64,000 nucleotides of DNA from the IMG/VR virus record IMGVR_UViG_3300004093_000003. One strand, 5' to 3'. The notes beneath the pieces were generated by a model, which had not been told where the DNA came from, ran no database searches, and was given only the letters and a program-made list of their open reading frames with translations. Origin of the DNA: a virus. The position numbers and the translations under genes were made by a program. Of this stretch, positions 9,384 through 19,654 are shown one piece after another. Position 1 is the first letter of the stretch. Each line of letters opens with the position of its first letter.

Positions 9384-9851
9384 CTACCCCGCGATTCCCG
9401 ACCACAGCAGATCGGCCTTCCAGTCCCGGCGAACGCCGTTGGGCTCGGTCAGCGACCAGAGCAAGCGCAGCGCATCGCGCGGTGCGTCGACCCAGGTCGC
9501 CGACACGTCGACGGCTGCGGCGATGCCGTCGACGACGAGCCATTGCAGCGACGCCCGTGCCTCGTTCTCGATCTCGAGGCGCACCCGCTCTGTCCGTTTC
9601 TCGCGCATGTGCAGCCAGATCAGGCTCCCCATGCGATCCTCCACCAACCGTCCCGAATCGGCCCACCAGCCACGGCGGTCGCTGCCGAGGTCAGGCGTCA
9701 TGTCGGCGGCATCAGCCAGGTCATCGGTGAAGAGCGAGACCCAGCCGGCCGACTGCAACAGGCCGCCATCGTCGACGCCGGAGGCGAGGCCACCCTGGGG
9801 CGTCCGCACCAGATCGAAGAAGCCGCGGGTGTTGTCGTAGGCGATTTCCAT
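9384..9851 (-). CDS. Baseplate wedge protein, Mu gp46
   Basis: SLFTD, RRGWWAD and GSLIWL..REK motifs; start reassigned to MEIAY. Confidence 0.88.
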   Translation of the reverse strand: MEIAYDNTRGFFDLVRTPQGGLASGVDDGGLLQSAGWVSLFTDDLADAADMTPDLGSDRRGWWADSGRLVEDRMGSLIWLHMREKRTERVRLEIENEARASLQWLVVDGIAAAVDVSATWVDAPRDALRLLWSLTEPNGVRRDWKADLLWSGIAG

Positions 9852-9871
9852 TCCCCTCATCCCCCTCGCCT

Positions 9872-10306
9872 TCACCCCCAGCTCACGCCGTCGTCGGCGT
9901 CGACGATCAGATAGTGGGGGCCGGCGCGCAGCTCGAGGCGCCGCGCCTTGGCCAGCACGGTGTTGGGCTTGGGCGTGTCGGTGAACTTGATCCAGTGCCC
10001 GATCTCGTCGCGCGCGTGCTTTCCGTAGAGCGCGACCTCGCCCGCCTGCAGGTCGGTCGGTCGGCGGCGGCAATCGTCGAAGGCCAGCGCGACGCCGGCG
10101 CTGCGCTCGCCGTTGGCGAACACGGCGAAGAGCTCGCTGCCGGGCAAGGGGCGGCTGGCGAAGCCGTAGCCCTGCGGCACCTCCACGCGGCGCTGCTCGC
10201 CCATGAAGAACTCGGCCTGACCCATCGCCATGCCGGCCTTGACGTCCTCGTGGCTCAGCACGCCGCGCGAGAACAGCGAGGCCAGGCGGCGGTCGATCTC
10301 GTTCAT
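9872..10306 (-). CDS. Baseplate spike/assembly protein V, Mu gp45
   Basis: QGYGFASRP..G and DLQAGEVALY motifs; start MNEID. Confidence 0.88.
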   Translation of the reverse strand: MNEIDRRLASLFSRGVLSHEDVKAGMAMGQAEFFMGEQRRVEVPQGYGFASRPLPGSELFAVFANGERSAGVALAFDDCRRRPTDLQAGEVALYGKHARDEIGHWIKFTDTPKPNTVLAKARRLELRAGPHYLIVDADDGVSWG

Positions 10307-11442
10307 CAGCCTTGCCCTCCGCCGCCGACCTGTCCGTCGCCAGCTCGCGCCCAGCGGTTGCCGACGTCGCCGCCGGCCTGGGCCGGCGCCTCGGGCGGCT
10401 CGGGCGTGAAGGCGTCGGGCGGCGCCAGGCTCATCTCGCAGAGCGTGCCCTCGGCGCCCTTGCGGTAGGTCACCTCGCTCAGGGCGAGCTCGGCCTCGAG
10501 CTTCATCAGCGGCGCCTTGCAGGGCACCAGGAGGTTCGGCACCCAGAGTTTCTTGTCGCTCTGGCGCCAGCCGACGCGCAGCGCGGTGAAGCCCAGCGCC
10601 TGGCCCTTGTTGCGCCGCGCCTCCCATTCGGCGCGCGCCATGGCGCCTTCCTTCTTCGCCGCGCCCTCGCTCAGGACGGTCTTGGGGCGATAGCGTGTGA
10701 CGCCGGTGTCGTGCGCCGCGCCCTCGACGTGGGCCAGCGCGCTCGCGACGTCGCCTTGCGACCCGTCCGAGGTCCCTCCCAGCCAGCGCCTGCCGGCCTG
10801 CGCCTTGACGACGTACTCCGAGAACCGCTTGCTGGCATCGCGCCGGGTCTTGAGCTTCTTCAGGGCGTCGGACGGATGGACGATCTCGTCGGTTGAGCGT
10901 TCGGTTGCGAGCCGTGCCAGCACCAGGCGGCCCTGCTCGTCGTCCATCACCAGGATCTGGCGCTGGCGGGCCAGGCGCTCGATCAGCTTCCACGCCGTCT
11001 CACCGTGATGGGCCGCGGCCACGGCGAACACGGGCCCGGTGTCCTTGGCCACGACCTCGACGCCGAAGGGCTTGGCCACACGGCGCGCGACGGCCGCCAG
11101 GTCGAGGCCGGCCAGCTCGGTCATGTCGAAGGGCGGCGAGCAGTCGACCAGGTCGCAGGTCTTGCTCCGGCCGGCGATCTCGATCGCGGCGTTGTCCTGG
11201 TCGCGGTCGATGTCGATCACGTCGACATAGCCCGTCATCACCAGGTCGTCGCCGATCCTGATCTCACACTTCGAGCCTTCCGGCACCTCGAAGCGCTCGT
11301 CCTGGCCGGGCCAGCGTTGCGTCGCCTTGATGGCGAAGTCGGCCGAGGCGCGCTCGATGCCGCGGGTCACCCGGACGTCGAGCCAGCCGCCGAAGCGCTT
11401 GCCGTCGACGATCAGCGACAGTTCATGATCGGGAAGCGGCAT
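10306..11442 (-). CDS. Baseplate hub, Mu gp44 (P)
   Basis: GRSKTCDLVDCS and RFSEYVVKAQ motifs; synteny. Confidence 0.9.
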   Translation of the reverse strand: MPLPDHELSLIVDGKRFGGWLDVRVTRGIERASADFAIKATQRWPGQDERFEVPEGSKCEIRIGDDLVMTGYVDVIDIDRDQDNAAIEIAGRSKTCDLVDCSPPFDMTELAGLDLAAVARRVAKPFGVEVVAKDTGPVFAVAAAHHGETAWKLIERLARQRQILVMDDEQGRLVLARLATERSTDEIVHPSDALKKLKTRRDASKRFSEYVVKAQAGRRWLGGTSDGSQGDVASALAHVEGAAHDTGVTRYRPKTVLSEGAAKKEGAMARAEWEARRNKGQALGFTALRVGWRQSDKKLWVPNLLVPCKAPLMKLEAELALSEVTYRKGAEGTLCEMSLAPPDAFTPEPPEAPAQAGGDVGNRWARAGDGQVGGGGQG

Positions 11443-11481
11443 GAGGCCCGTGTTCTTTCTGCTCTGCGCGGTCGCGCCGCT

Positions 11482-12738
11482 TCACTTGCTCAGTCTCTCA
11501 CCCCTGGCAGGCATGAATGCCGGGTGGACGGCGCCTGTTCTTGCAGCAAGTTCCGCGGCGCGCCCTGGCACATCACCGTCATCGCCGTAGAATAGCTGCG
11601 CCAGGGCGAGCGACGGCCGCGGCCGCGGCACGATGTAGGGCACCAGCTTCGCCTTGTCGGCGCCGGCGGCAGTGATCGCCTGCAGGGTCGCCGAGCGCAG
11701 CGCCTGCAGCGCCGCCTTGGCGCCGTCCGGGACCTGCGAGAAATGGATCTCGTCGTCGAAGGCGTCAGCCAGGCGCCCGCGCAGCGCCGCCGCGTCGTCA
11801 TAGCTCACGAAGTCGAGCGACGCCGCCTGCCGGGCGATCCCGGCCAGCGCGGCGCGGCGAATGCCCTGGCTGAAGGCGGCCTGGTTGGCGACGGCGCGGG
11901 CCTGCAACGGCGTCAACGCCGCCGGCGCATACCAGGCGTCGGACTGCGCCTCGTCGTAGACGCTGAACAGCCCGTCAATGGCCCGGCCGCGCGCGATCCG
12001 ATCCGGTGCCGGGCCGGCGAGCGCGGCCGACCAGTCGTTCAGCAGGCCGACCGTGGAAACCGCGAGCCCGACCACGTCGAGCGTCGCCAGGCCGAGGCCG
12101 CCGGTGTAGGCGGCGACCAGCAGACCGGCCGCGGCCAGCGCGCTCGCCGGCGCCTGGCCGCCCGCGACCTGGGCGACCGTCGACAGCACCATGCCGAGGC
12201 CGAGCGCGTTGCCGATCAGGCCCTCGCCAACCTCCTGGGACAGGAGCCCGCCGGCGTCGACCAGCGACAGCGCGCCGCCCAGGGCGTCGGTGATGGCCGT
12301 CTCGGCGTCCGTCACAGCGGCGAGCAAAGCGTGCGGCCAGCTGGTCTGCGACGCCGGATAGCGATTCTGGCCGGCCTCGACGAACACGACGTTCATCGCC
12401 ACCCAATTGCCCCGGCTGGACTCCTTGTCGTGGCTCCAGGTCAGCGCCTGGACCGTCTCGCGGCGCAGGCCGGGCAGGATCAGCGGACCGGCGCTGCGCT
12501 TCTGCAGCGCGCGGTCGAAGGCGCGGTGCTGCAGGTCGGCGGTGTTGCCGACGAAATAGAGGGCGAGCTCCCAGCGATTCGCCTTCTTGCCGAGATCCTC
12601 GAAGTACGGCACGTCGCGGTCCGGGTACTCGTGCACCGGCCCGCGGCGGCCGAACTCCCCCCGCTCGCGCGCGATCCTGAAGGGAAAGCCGAGGAAGCTG
12701 CCTTCCAGGGCGGTGAAAGGGTCGAAACGAGCGGCCAT
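11482..12738 (-). CDS. DNA circularization protein, Mu gp43 (N)
   Basis: GSFLGFPF, HEYPDRD..FEDLG and VHPAFMP motifs. Confidence 0.88.
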   Translation of the reverse strand: MAARFDPFTALEGSFLGFPFRIARERGEFGRRGPVHEYPDRDVPYFEDLGKKANRWELALYFVGNTADLQHRAFDRALQKRSAGPLILPGLRRETVQALTWSHDKESSRGNWVAMNVVFVEAGQNRYPASQTSWPHALLAAVTDAETAITDALGGALSLVDAGGLLSQEVGEGLIGNALGLGMVLSTVAQVAGGQAPASALAAAGLLVAAYTGGLGLATLDVVGLAVSTVGLLNDWSAALAGPAPDRIARGRAIDGLFSVYDEAQSDAWYAPAALTPLQARAVANQAAFSQGIRRAALAGIARQAASLDFVSYDDAAALRGRLADAFDDEIHFSQVPDGAKAALQALRSATLQAITAAGADKAKLVPYIVPRPRPSLALAQLFYGDDGDVPGRAAELAARTGAVHPAFMPARGERLSK

Positions 12739-14474
12739 CAGTCGACCATGCTGTAACCCACGGGCGCGACCGTCACGGGGCCTGACGTCTTGCTGCTGAC
12801 CTCGGCGCCGGGCGGCGCCTTGATGATGAGCTCGATCGTGCCCTTGACCTCGGGCGCACGCGCCGTCGGGGCTACTCCGGGCGCGGATGCCGGCGACGGC
12901 GCACTGGGAATCATCGGAATGCCGTCGGCGAACATCGGCGACGGCACGTCGCCGGCAGCGATGTTGCTAGCCACCTGGCCGTGAACCGCCGCTCCGCCTG
13001 CGATTATCACGCGGCCGGGGTTCATCGCGAAGTTTATGGCCTCCCGAATCGGCGACCAAACCTTGTCGAAGTCCGGCAGCAACGACTTGATGCCGTCGAT
13101 CAGCGTCTTGATCAGGTTCTTACCCGCCGCCGCCAGGTCCACGCCGAACAGCCATTTCGACAGGCCGTTGATGGCATCCTGCATGACGCCGATCGGCTCG
13201 AACCGCTTCACCACTTCCAACAGCCCGGCGCCAAGCCCGCGATCGGCAGCGCTCCGGATCGCGTCCATCTTCTGGTCCCACCAGGATGTGATCGGCCCCC
13301 AATTGGCGTAGATCGCATAGGCGCCGGCAGCGACGATCGCCGGAAACAGGATGAACGGGTTGGTGAGAGCGGCCACGTTCATCCGTATCAGCGCCCCCGT
13401 CAGCGTGCCGATCGCCGCCAGGATGGGACCGGCCATGGTGACCTGTAGCGCGCCGAGAGCCGTGGAAAACGCATCCGTCTTGGTCACCCCCGCGCCGATC
13501 TCCCTCACAAAGGGCAGTTCCAGGACCTTGCCGATGCCTGTGGCGACGGCATCGAAGACACCTGACCACAGCGCGATCTTCCGCTCGATCGCGAGGCCGA
13601 TGAACTCCCGATTCTTGGCGATCCAATCGGACGTGAGGTCGACGACCTTGGTGAAGAGCGGCGCGAACGACGCACTGATGCGCGTGGCGAGACCGGAGCC
13701 CGCGGCGTCGAGCAGCTTGTAGCTGTTCGCCAGATGCTCCATGTCCTTGCTCTGCCGGTCGGTCAGCGAGCTGTATTTGGCCTTCAGCACCTGGTCGGCC
13801 TTTATCGCGTCGCGGCCCTTGTTGAGCCACGGGATGAGTTCGGCGCCGGCCTTGCCGAACAGCTTCAGCGCCATGGCGTTCCTCACCGTCTCGTCCTCGG
13901 TATTGTGCATCGCCTGGGCGACGTCGAGCGAGACCTCCTCAAGCTTGCGGAAATTGCCGTGGGCGTCGCGCAGCGGGATCTTCATGGCCGCGAACAGCGC
14001 GGCGGCATCCTTGTCCTTGCCGGTCCCCGCGTCGAACATCGCCTTCTTGAGCTTGACCATGCCCTTCTCGAGCTGCTCGGCGTCGACGCCGGCCTGCTTG
14101 GCCGAGAAGCGGATGCCCGAGAGCCAGCCGCGCGACACGCCCAGCTTCTCGGTAGCCAGCGACAAGCCCTCGAAGGCCTCGGAGGACCGCTTGGTCATCT
14201 CGATCAGGCCGGCGAGGCTCAGCGCCGAGCCGATCGCGCCCAGCGCCGGCAGCCAGCCGGTGAGAGACGACAGGCCGCCGCGGAACTTGGCGGAGACACC
14301 GTCGACCGCCGTTCCGACGCGACCGAGCGCATTGCTCGACGGCTCCGACACGGCCTTGTTGAAGGCGGTGACGGGGCCGAACGCCGTTCGGGCGGCGTTG
14401 CCGACCTTGCGGAAGGCCTCGGAGGCGAAGTCCTCGCCCAGGATGCGGGTGAAGACGGAGAAACGGGTCGTCAT
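12738..14474 (-). CDS. Tail tape measure protein (578 aa)
   Basis: Ala-rich helical protein with KLFGKAG motif, between chaperone and gpN. Confidence 0.85.
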   Translation of the reverse strand: MTTRFSVFTRILGEDFASEAFRKVGNAARTAFGPVTAFNKAVSEPSSNALGRVGTAVDGVSAKFRGGLSSLTGWLPALGAIGSALSLAGLIEMTKRSSEAFEGLSLATEKLGVSRGWLSGIRFSAKQAGVDAEQLEKGMVKLKKAMFDAGTGKDKDAAALFAAMKIPLRDAHGNFRKLEEVSLDVAQAMHNTEDETVRNAMALKLFGKAGAELIPWLNKGRDAIKADQVLKAKYSSLTDRQSKDMEHLANSYKLLDAAGSGLATRISASFAPLFTKVVDLTSDWIAKNREFIGLAIERKIALWSGVFDAVATGIGKVLELPFVREIGAGVTKTDAFSTALGALQVTMAGPILAAIGTLTGALIRMNVAALTNPFILFPAIVAAGAYAIYANWGPITSWWDQKMDAIRSAADRGLGAGLLEVVKRFEPIGVMQDAINGLSKWLFGVDLAAAGKNLIKTLIDGIKSLLPDFDKVWSPIREAINFAMNPGRVIIAGGAAVHGQVASNIAAGDVPSPMFADGIPMIPSAPSPASAPGVAPTARAPEVKGTIELIIKAPPGAEVSSKTSGPVTVAPVGYSMVD

Positions 14475-14480
14475 CGCTCC

Positions 14481-14654
14481 TCACTCCGTCGTCGGCAGCT
14501 CGTCTTCAATCAGCCGCGCCTGGTCGAGCCATTCCAGGAAGCGCGGCAGTGGCGTCGCCCAGACGTCGTTCGGCGAGATTCGCCAGAACCACGCCAGGCG
14601 ATAGACGGCCTCGGTCAGCCGCCGCTGCTGGCCCGCGGCCGCAGCTCCAAAAAA
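14481..14654 (-). CDS. -1 frameshift extension of the tail assembly chaperone (gpGT/gpE+E'-like)
   Basis: Slippery T TTT TTG at 14648-14654; -1 frame reads ...YRLAWFWRISPNDVWATPLPRFLEW...TE* and ends just before the tape measure SD. Confidence 0.78.
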   Translation of the reverse strand, partial: FFGAAAAGQQRRLTEAVYRLAWFWRISPNDVWATPLPRFLEWLDQARLIEDELPTTE

Positions 14655-14938
14655 GGCTGTAGCGCTTCCACGCAGAGCTGCGCGTCGAGATAGTTCATGC
14701 GCTCGATCTCGGGCGCGGTGAGCCCATCGTTGCTCAGCAGGACCAGCAGGCGAACCGCCGACTCGGCGTCGCCAGCCGATGTGGCGACCTTGGCGACCTG
14801 CTTCATCTCGCCCATGGTCGGTGGCCGGAAGGTCAGGACCTCCAGGACCTCGCCGCTGCTCGCCGCCTTCTTGAGCGGCTTCTTCAGCCGGACCTCGACC
14901 TGGTCCGGGACCTCGAATTTCTCGTCGCGTTGATCCAT
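14615..14938 (-). CDS. Tail assembly chaperone (gpG/gpE-like)
   Basis: VRLKKPL..LTFRPPTMGE motif; between tube and tape measure. Confidence 0.85.
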   Translation of the reverse strand: MDQRDEKFEVPDQVEVRLKKPLKKAASSGEVLEVLTFRPPTMGEMKQVAKVATSAGDAESAVRLLVLLSNDGLTAPEIERMNYLDAQLCVEALQPFLELRPRASSGG

Positions 14939-14962
14939 GTCCCCTCCTACGCGCGGCCTGTT

Positions 14963-15352
14963 TTAAGCACCAGGCGCGTTCAGTTCCTCGCCATCCAGCC
15001 CCTGGAAGGTGAGCTCGACCTCGCCCTCGTCGCCGCCCGGCGTAATGTCGCCGGACACGAAGGCGCCGCGCAGCACCAGGGCGCCGCCGGTAGCAAGCGT
15101 CACCGACACCGTGGCGCTCTGGATCGCCTCGAGCTGGGCCGTGGTGAGGTCGATGAAGGTGAACTTGCCCTTGATGAAGGGCACGGCGGGCGTGGTCGTG
15201 TAGCCGTGGACCTGGTTGTTGCGTCCGGCGACGCCTTCCTTCTTGGCCGTCTGGAAGTTCCAGGTGAGCTCGCCCTTAAACAGGAAGTGCTGGTCGCCGA
15301 CGCGGACGTCGCCGTAGCCGCCGATCGGCCTGGTCTTCGCCATGGTGGTCAC
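14963..15352 (-). CDS. Tail tube protein (Mu gpM-like)
   Basis: GVAG..VHGY..TPAVPFI; follows the sheath gene. Confidence 0.9.
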   Translation of the reverse strand: MTTMAKTRPIGGYGDVRVGDQHFLFKGELTWNFQTAKKEGVAGRNNQVHGYTTTPAVPFIKGKFTFIDLTTAQLEAIQSATVSVTLATGGALVLRGAFVSGDITPGGDEGEVELTFQGLDGEELNAPGA

Positions 15353-15434
15353 TCCGAATGGTGGACAGAGACCGCAGCGCCCTCATCGGGGTCCCCGCGG
15401 CGCGAGGGTTGGTGTGGCGGCTCGCGCCGCGGGG

Positions 15435-16925
15435 TCAATTCAACACGTGGAATTGCGAGAGCACCGCGAGGATGCGCAGCTGGCCGATCAGGGGCGGCGG
15501 GAACAGGATGTTCAGCCGGTCGGGGTTCTGGCCGTCGCGCTCGCAGCGGACCTGGTCGACGATGGCGTCGACGTTGTCGAGCAGGCCGTCGACCTCCATG
15601 TCGCGCATCTCGGCGATGACGAAGGCGCGGGCGATCGACGGCGTCACCACGGCGTCGCCCTGGGCGGCGCGGGTGCCGTCGTTGGCGAGCTTGTGCCGCG
15701 GGAAGTTGGCCTCGAGCGCGGCGCGCAGCCGGCGGTGGACGCGCATCAGGGTGTAGGTCTTCTCGACCGACAGCCAGGCCTCGTCGGGCTGGCTGGTGGC
15801 GTTGAGCTGGTAGGTCGAGATCAGGCGCTCGATGCGCACGATGCCGTCGGCCGAGGCGGTGAAGGTCGAGATCCCCGACCACAAGAGCGTCTGGCGCTCC
15901 GACATGCTGAACCGGCCGGTCGAGCCGAGTGGCGGCGCGAGCACGCCAGGAACCTCGATGTTCTGGACCGGACGGGCTGGATCGTTGCGCAGCACGACAG
16001 CGGCCGACGCGATCTGAGCGGCGATCCAGCGCCAGACCGGCGTCGGCGAGAGGTTGAACCCGGCGACGGTGATGTGCGGATCGTTGCGCGTCAGGCCGAA
16101 GGTGGTGAGCTGGCTCACCGTGCCGCGCATGGCGGCAAAGACGTGGCCCCAGACCATACGGTTGAAGGCCCAGCGGCCGGTGATGTCGTTCATCGCCGCG
16201 TTCGCCGCGTTCATGTTCGTGGCGTCGGTGTAGGGCATGACGACGTAGTCGAACGTCTGGTCGCCGAGCGCGGCCAGGCCGTTCGTGATGTTGGGGTCGG
16301 TGAGGCCGCCCGACATGGCGACGATGGCTCCGACATAGGCCGTCGGCAGCGCCTCGCCGCCGGCGTTGCCCAGCCAGGCGTAGCGGACGTCGATGTCGTT
16401 GCCCATCGTGCCCTTGTGGCGGGCGGTGAGCGTCACGACACCCACGACGTTCGCCGCCGTCACCGGCAGGTCGAGGTTGGCGTTGACCGCGGCGACGATC
16501 GCGGCAGCGGTCTGGGTGATCGTCTCGGTGCCGGCGACGGCGACGGGCACCGACACGCCGGCGATGTAGAGCGGGATGGTGCCGGGCGCGGTCGGCGCGG
16601 CGGTGACGGTGATCGTGCCCGCCGCCTGAACGCCGCCGCCGATATCGGCCATCGGCAGCGCCCACAGGAGGCCGAACGGATCGGCCTGGCGCACGGCGGC
16701 GACCATGTCGGCCAGCATGGAGCCGACGCCGAACTGGGCCTTGGCGTCGGCGACCGACGTCACCGGCACCGGCACGTTGGCCGCGGCGGTGCCCGTCGCC
16801 AGCATCTGGCCGATCAGCAGCAGCCGGCCGGGATCGTCGCTACGGCTCGCCTTCGAGGGATCGACCTCGATGAACACGCCGGGCAGCCGAAGCGCCGCCG
16901 GGATGCGGTTGAACTGGATGGTCAT
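15435..16925 (-). CDS. Contractile tail sheath (Mu gpL-like)
   Basis: MTIQFNRIPAALRLPG, FGVGSML, LLWSGIST and LANDGT motifs. Confidence 0.95.
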   Translation of the reverse strand: MTIQFNRIPAALRLPGVFIEVDPSKASRSDDPGRLLLIGQMLATGTAAANVPVPVTSVADAKAQFGVGSMLADMVAAVRQADPFGLLWALPMADIGGGVQAAGTITVTAAPTAPGTIPLYIAGVSVPVAVAGTETITQTAAAIVAAVNANLDLPVTAANVVGVVTLTARHKGTMGNDIDVRYAWLGNAGGEALPTAYVGAIVAMSGGLTDPNITNGLAALGDQTFDYVVMPYTDATNMNAANAAMNDITGRWAFNRMVWGHVFAAMRGTVSQLTTFGLTRNDPHITVAGFNLSPTPVWRWIAAQIASAAVVLRNDPARPVQNIEVPGVLAPPLGSTGRFSMSERQTLLWSGISTFTASADGIVRIERLISTYQLNATSQPDEAWLSVEKTYTLMRVHRRLRAALEANFPRHKLANDGTRAAQGDAVVTPSIARAFVIAEMRDMEVDGLLDNVDAIVDQVRCERDGQNPDRLNILFPPPLIGQLRILAVLSQFHVLN

Positions 16926-17038
16926 CGCAGGCCTCGCGGATCACGGATGAAAGGGGCGCCGCCGGGAGCGTCGTATGGGGGCCTCTCCCGGCGGCAGGCG
17001 GCGCTCGTGAAGGGATGAGAGGGCGCGCCGCCGGGGTA

Positions 17039-17224
17039 TCAGGCTTCCGGGTCGACGCCGGCGGGCGCCGTGTCGGTGAGCTTGCCGCCGCCGTCGAGCT
17101 CGCGGCGGATGAAGAATTCGTCGCTTGCAGAGACCCACTTGCCGTGCGGCGGCACAGGCTTGCGGGTGAGCGGATCGACGATCTGCATATTTTCGGTCGG
17201 CGTGAACCACTTGCGGTCGCTCAT
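17039..17224 (-). CDS. Small Mu gp38-like protein (DUF2635)
   Basis: IVDP.T..PVP..G.WV....FFIRRELDG; upstream of the sheath gene. Confidence 0.8.
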   Translation of the reverse strand: MSDRKWFTPTENMQIVDPLTRKPVPPHGKWVSASDEFFIRRELDGGGKLTDTAPAGVDPEA

Positions 17225-17228
17225 CTCG

Positions 17229-17858
17229 TCACTCCTGCTCCAGCGGGAACGTCTGCTTGACCACGAGGCTCTGGCCCTCGATCGATTCGGCGTCGTCGCC
17301 CAGCGCGAGCTCGGTATGGATGGTGCGCAGCGGCTGGGTGACGCGCGGCTCGAAGGTCTGCTGGTCGCCCGAGACCTCGAGCTCGATCTGGACCATGACG
17401 CAGTCGTACTCCGCGCCGTCGGCACCGCGCGCCACGCCGTCGTCGACGGTACGGCGCAGGCCGGAGACCCAGCTGAAGCGCTGAATGAAGTCCTGGTCCT
17501 CGAGCAGCGCGATCTCGATCGCGTTGGCGATCTCGCCGGCCTTCCGGTCGAGGTCCTGGGCGTTCTGGCGCGTGCAGGCGTGGAAGAGATTGACGTGCAG
17601 CGTGCCGACCAGGTCGATGTTCGGGACCTGGTGCGAGGAGCCTTCACCACCGTCGGTCTTGGCAGCGACATGCGCGAAAGGCGCCTGCGCCGGCGTCAGC
17701 TTCTCGAAGCGGTGCTTGGGGATGTAGAGCCCGGCGAGCGCCTGCAACTCGAGCGGCGGCGTGGCGCCCTGGGCGATCACGACGGCGGCGCGCAGGCGAT
17801 CGACGGCCGCCTGGCGCAGCGCCTCGATGCGCAGGACGGGCAGCACGGGTCCGGGCAT
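17229..17858 (-). CDS. Tail terminator-like protein (Mu gp37 position)
   Basis: 209-aa ORF by synteny. Confidence 0.62.
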   Translation of the reverse strand: MPGPVLPVLRIEALRQAAVDRLRAAVVIAQGATPPLELQALAGLYIPKHRFEKLTPAQAPFAHVAAKTDGGEGSSHQVPNIDLVGTLHVNLFHACTRQNAQDLDRKAGEIANAIEIALLEDQDFIQRFSWVSGLRRTVDDGVARGADGAEYDCVMVQIELEVSGDQQTFEPRVTQPLRTIHTELALGDDAESIEGQSLVVKQTFPLEQE

Positions 17859-17862
17859 GGGC

Positions 17863-18222
17863 TCACAGCTTCTTCAGCTTCAGTGTTGCGCCGGTGCGAC
17901 CCTCGTTGGGTTGCACGTCGTCGATCTCGTAGGTGCCGGCGGCGCGACCCGAGCCGATGACGATGCGGTCGACGGTCCTCGCCACCAGGCCGGCGGCCTC
18001 GAGGTCGGCGTAGTGGATCACCACCGCCGGGCCCACGGTCGAGACCTGATTGCCGTCCTCCATGTCGAGCGACACGAAGGCCTGGTCGAACTCGGCGGGG
18101 ATCGGCACGGCCGGGCCGTCGGGCACGCCGGCGGTCACCTTCTGGTAGGCGACGTCGCCATAGTCGAAGGTCGTGACGGTGACCCGGTCGACCTCCTCCT
18201 CGAGGTCGCGCCAGTTCGGCAC
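17863..18222 (-). CDS. Head-tail joining protein (lambda gpFII-like)
   Basis: 119-aa beta-rich ORF with TYEIDDVQP; synteny. Confidence 0.7.
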   Translation of the reverse strand: MPNWRDLEEEVDRVTVTTFDYGDVAYQKVTAGVPDGPAVPIPAEFDQAFVSLDMEDGNQVSTVGPAVVIHYADLEAAGLVARTVDRIVIGSGRAAGTYEIDDVQPNEGRTGATLKLKKL

Positions 18223-18225
18223 GTT

Positions 18226-18468
18226 TTACGCCGGGTGCGAGACGCTCGGACCTGCGGCGGGCTGAACCGAGGGCTTGTCCTCGGCCGGCTCTGCCGTCTT
18301 GGCCTCGGGATCGGTGACGATGCCGCGGCCGATCAGGTTCTCGGGATCCTCGGCGTCGATGTCGAACTTGTCGCCCTTGGCGATGGTCTTGGGCTTCTCG
18401 GCGGTGCCGCCGACGATCGTCATGTTGGCGATCACGGTTTTCTTGGCCATGAACATGTCCTCCTGCAT
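18226..18468 (-). CDS. Small capsid-associated protein (lambda FI position)
   Basis: Follows the capsid gene; KGDKFDI..L..RG pattern. Confidence 0.5.
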   Translation of the reverse strand: MQEDMFMAKKTVIANMTIVGGTAEKPKTIAKGDKFDIDAEDPENLIGRGIVTDPEAKTAEPAEDKPSVQPAAGPSVSHPA

Positions 18469-18538
18469 GGGGTGACCTCCGGATCCGCGCCGAACGCCGT
18501 TCGGCGCGGGACCTGAAGCGGTGCGCGAGCGGCTGCCG

Positions 18539-19594
18539 TCAGTTGACGGTGGCGCAGAAGCTGGCGTTCGGGCGGAACGGCACGGTGAGCGGCGCCGACT
18601 GCATCAGCAGCAGGCGGTTGGCCGGGTCCTTCTCGAGCCACGACTTGATGAAGTAGCGCTCGGCCTGATAGTTGGCCTCCTCGTCGAGGATCATGCCGTA
18701 GCAGCGCACGCCCTCGAGCGTGTACTTGGTCTGGCCGGTCGGGTCGGTGGCGCCCATGATCACGGTGTAGTCCGGCAGCATCTGCTGCGTCGCGCCGTTC
18801 TCGTCGACATAGGGCTCCTGGTAGACCCAGAAGTCGAAGTCGCCGATGTTGCCGACGAAGCGGGCGCGCTGGTTGCCCGGGCCGAAGGCGATCGGGCCGA
18901 GGCTGGCCTGGCTGGCGCCCTGGGCATAGAACCGGTTCAGGCGCAGCAGCACGGTGGCATCGTTGCGGAAGATGCCCCAGGCCTTGGGATCCATGACGAC
19001 GGTGCGGGCGATCGCGCCCGACTTGGCCTGGATGATGGCGGCCCAGGCCTCGATGTTGTCGAGCGGCGAGACGCCGGCCTGGCCCCAGCGGGCGCCGCCC
19101 GCCAGGGCGACAGTGAGGGCGGCATCACGGGCAAAATTGACGACCACGGTCGGATACTGCTCGCCGGTGACGGTGACCTGGCCGAGCCGCAGCGCCTCCG
19201 AGGCCATGACCTGCTCGCGGCGGGTCAGCATGTCGAGCTGGTCCTCGAGGTTCTGCATCAGCTGCGCCTGGCGGCGCTCCATCGGCGCCATGTTGCCGCC
19301 GATGCGCTCGCCGGGCCGGCGCTTGACCGGCTGGCCGGGCAGCAGGATGCGCTTGTCCTTGGCGTAGGCCGGACGGAAAGAGTTGGTCGCGAAGCCGCGG
19401 TCGGCGACGATCTTGCCGCCCACGGTCGGATGGACGAACGGCGTGATGCGCGGCTTGCTGGTGTCGACGTCGAAGAAGATGTCCTCGGTATCGCTGGTCT
19501 GCACGTTGGGGAAGAACGTGTCGAGCAGGAAGGTCGAGGGCGGCGGCAGGTTCTCGACCACGCGCGACAGGACGGCGGTATCGTAGATGTCCAT
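18539..19594 (-). CDS. Major capsid protein (lambda gpE family)
   Basis: FLLDTFFP, TRREQVMASEAL and LMQSAPL motifs. Confidence 0.95.
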   Translation of the reverse strand: MDIYDTAVLSRVVENLPPPSTFLLDTFFPNVQTSDTEDIFFDVDTSKPRITPFVHPTVGGKIVADRGFATNSFRPAYAKDKRILLPGQPVKRRPGERIGGNMAPMERRQAQLMQNLEDQLDMLTRREQVMASEALRLGQVTVTGEQYPTVVVNFARDAALTVALAGGARWGQAGVSPLDNIEAWAAIIQAKSGAIARTVVMDPKAWGIFRNDATVLLRLNRFYAQGASQASLGPIAFGPGNQRARFVGNIGDFDFWVYQEPYVDENGATQQMLPDYTVIMGATDPTGQTKYTLEGVRCYGMILDEEANYQAERYFIKSWLEKDPANRLLLMQSAPLTVPFRPNASFCATVN

Positions 19595-19654
19595 GGTTGG
19601 CTCCTAGAGGGTGACGGTGGTGCGCGTGGAAGCGCTTGCCGGTTTTTTGGACGC

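Noticed and set aside
15393-18512. Intergenic hairpins at 15393-15434, about 16960-16996 and about 18485-18509
   Set aside because: Ordinary mRNA-stability or attenuator stems after sheath, gp38 and capsid genes; mutually unrelated in sequence
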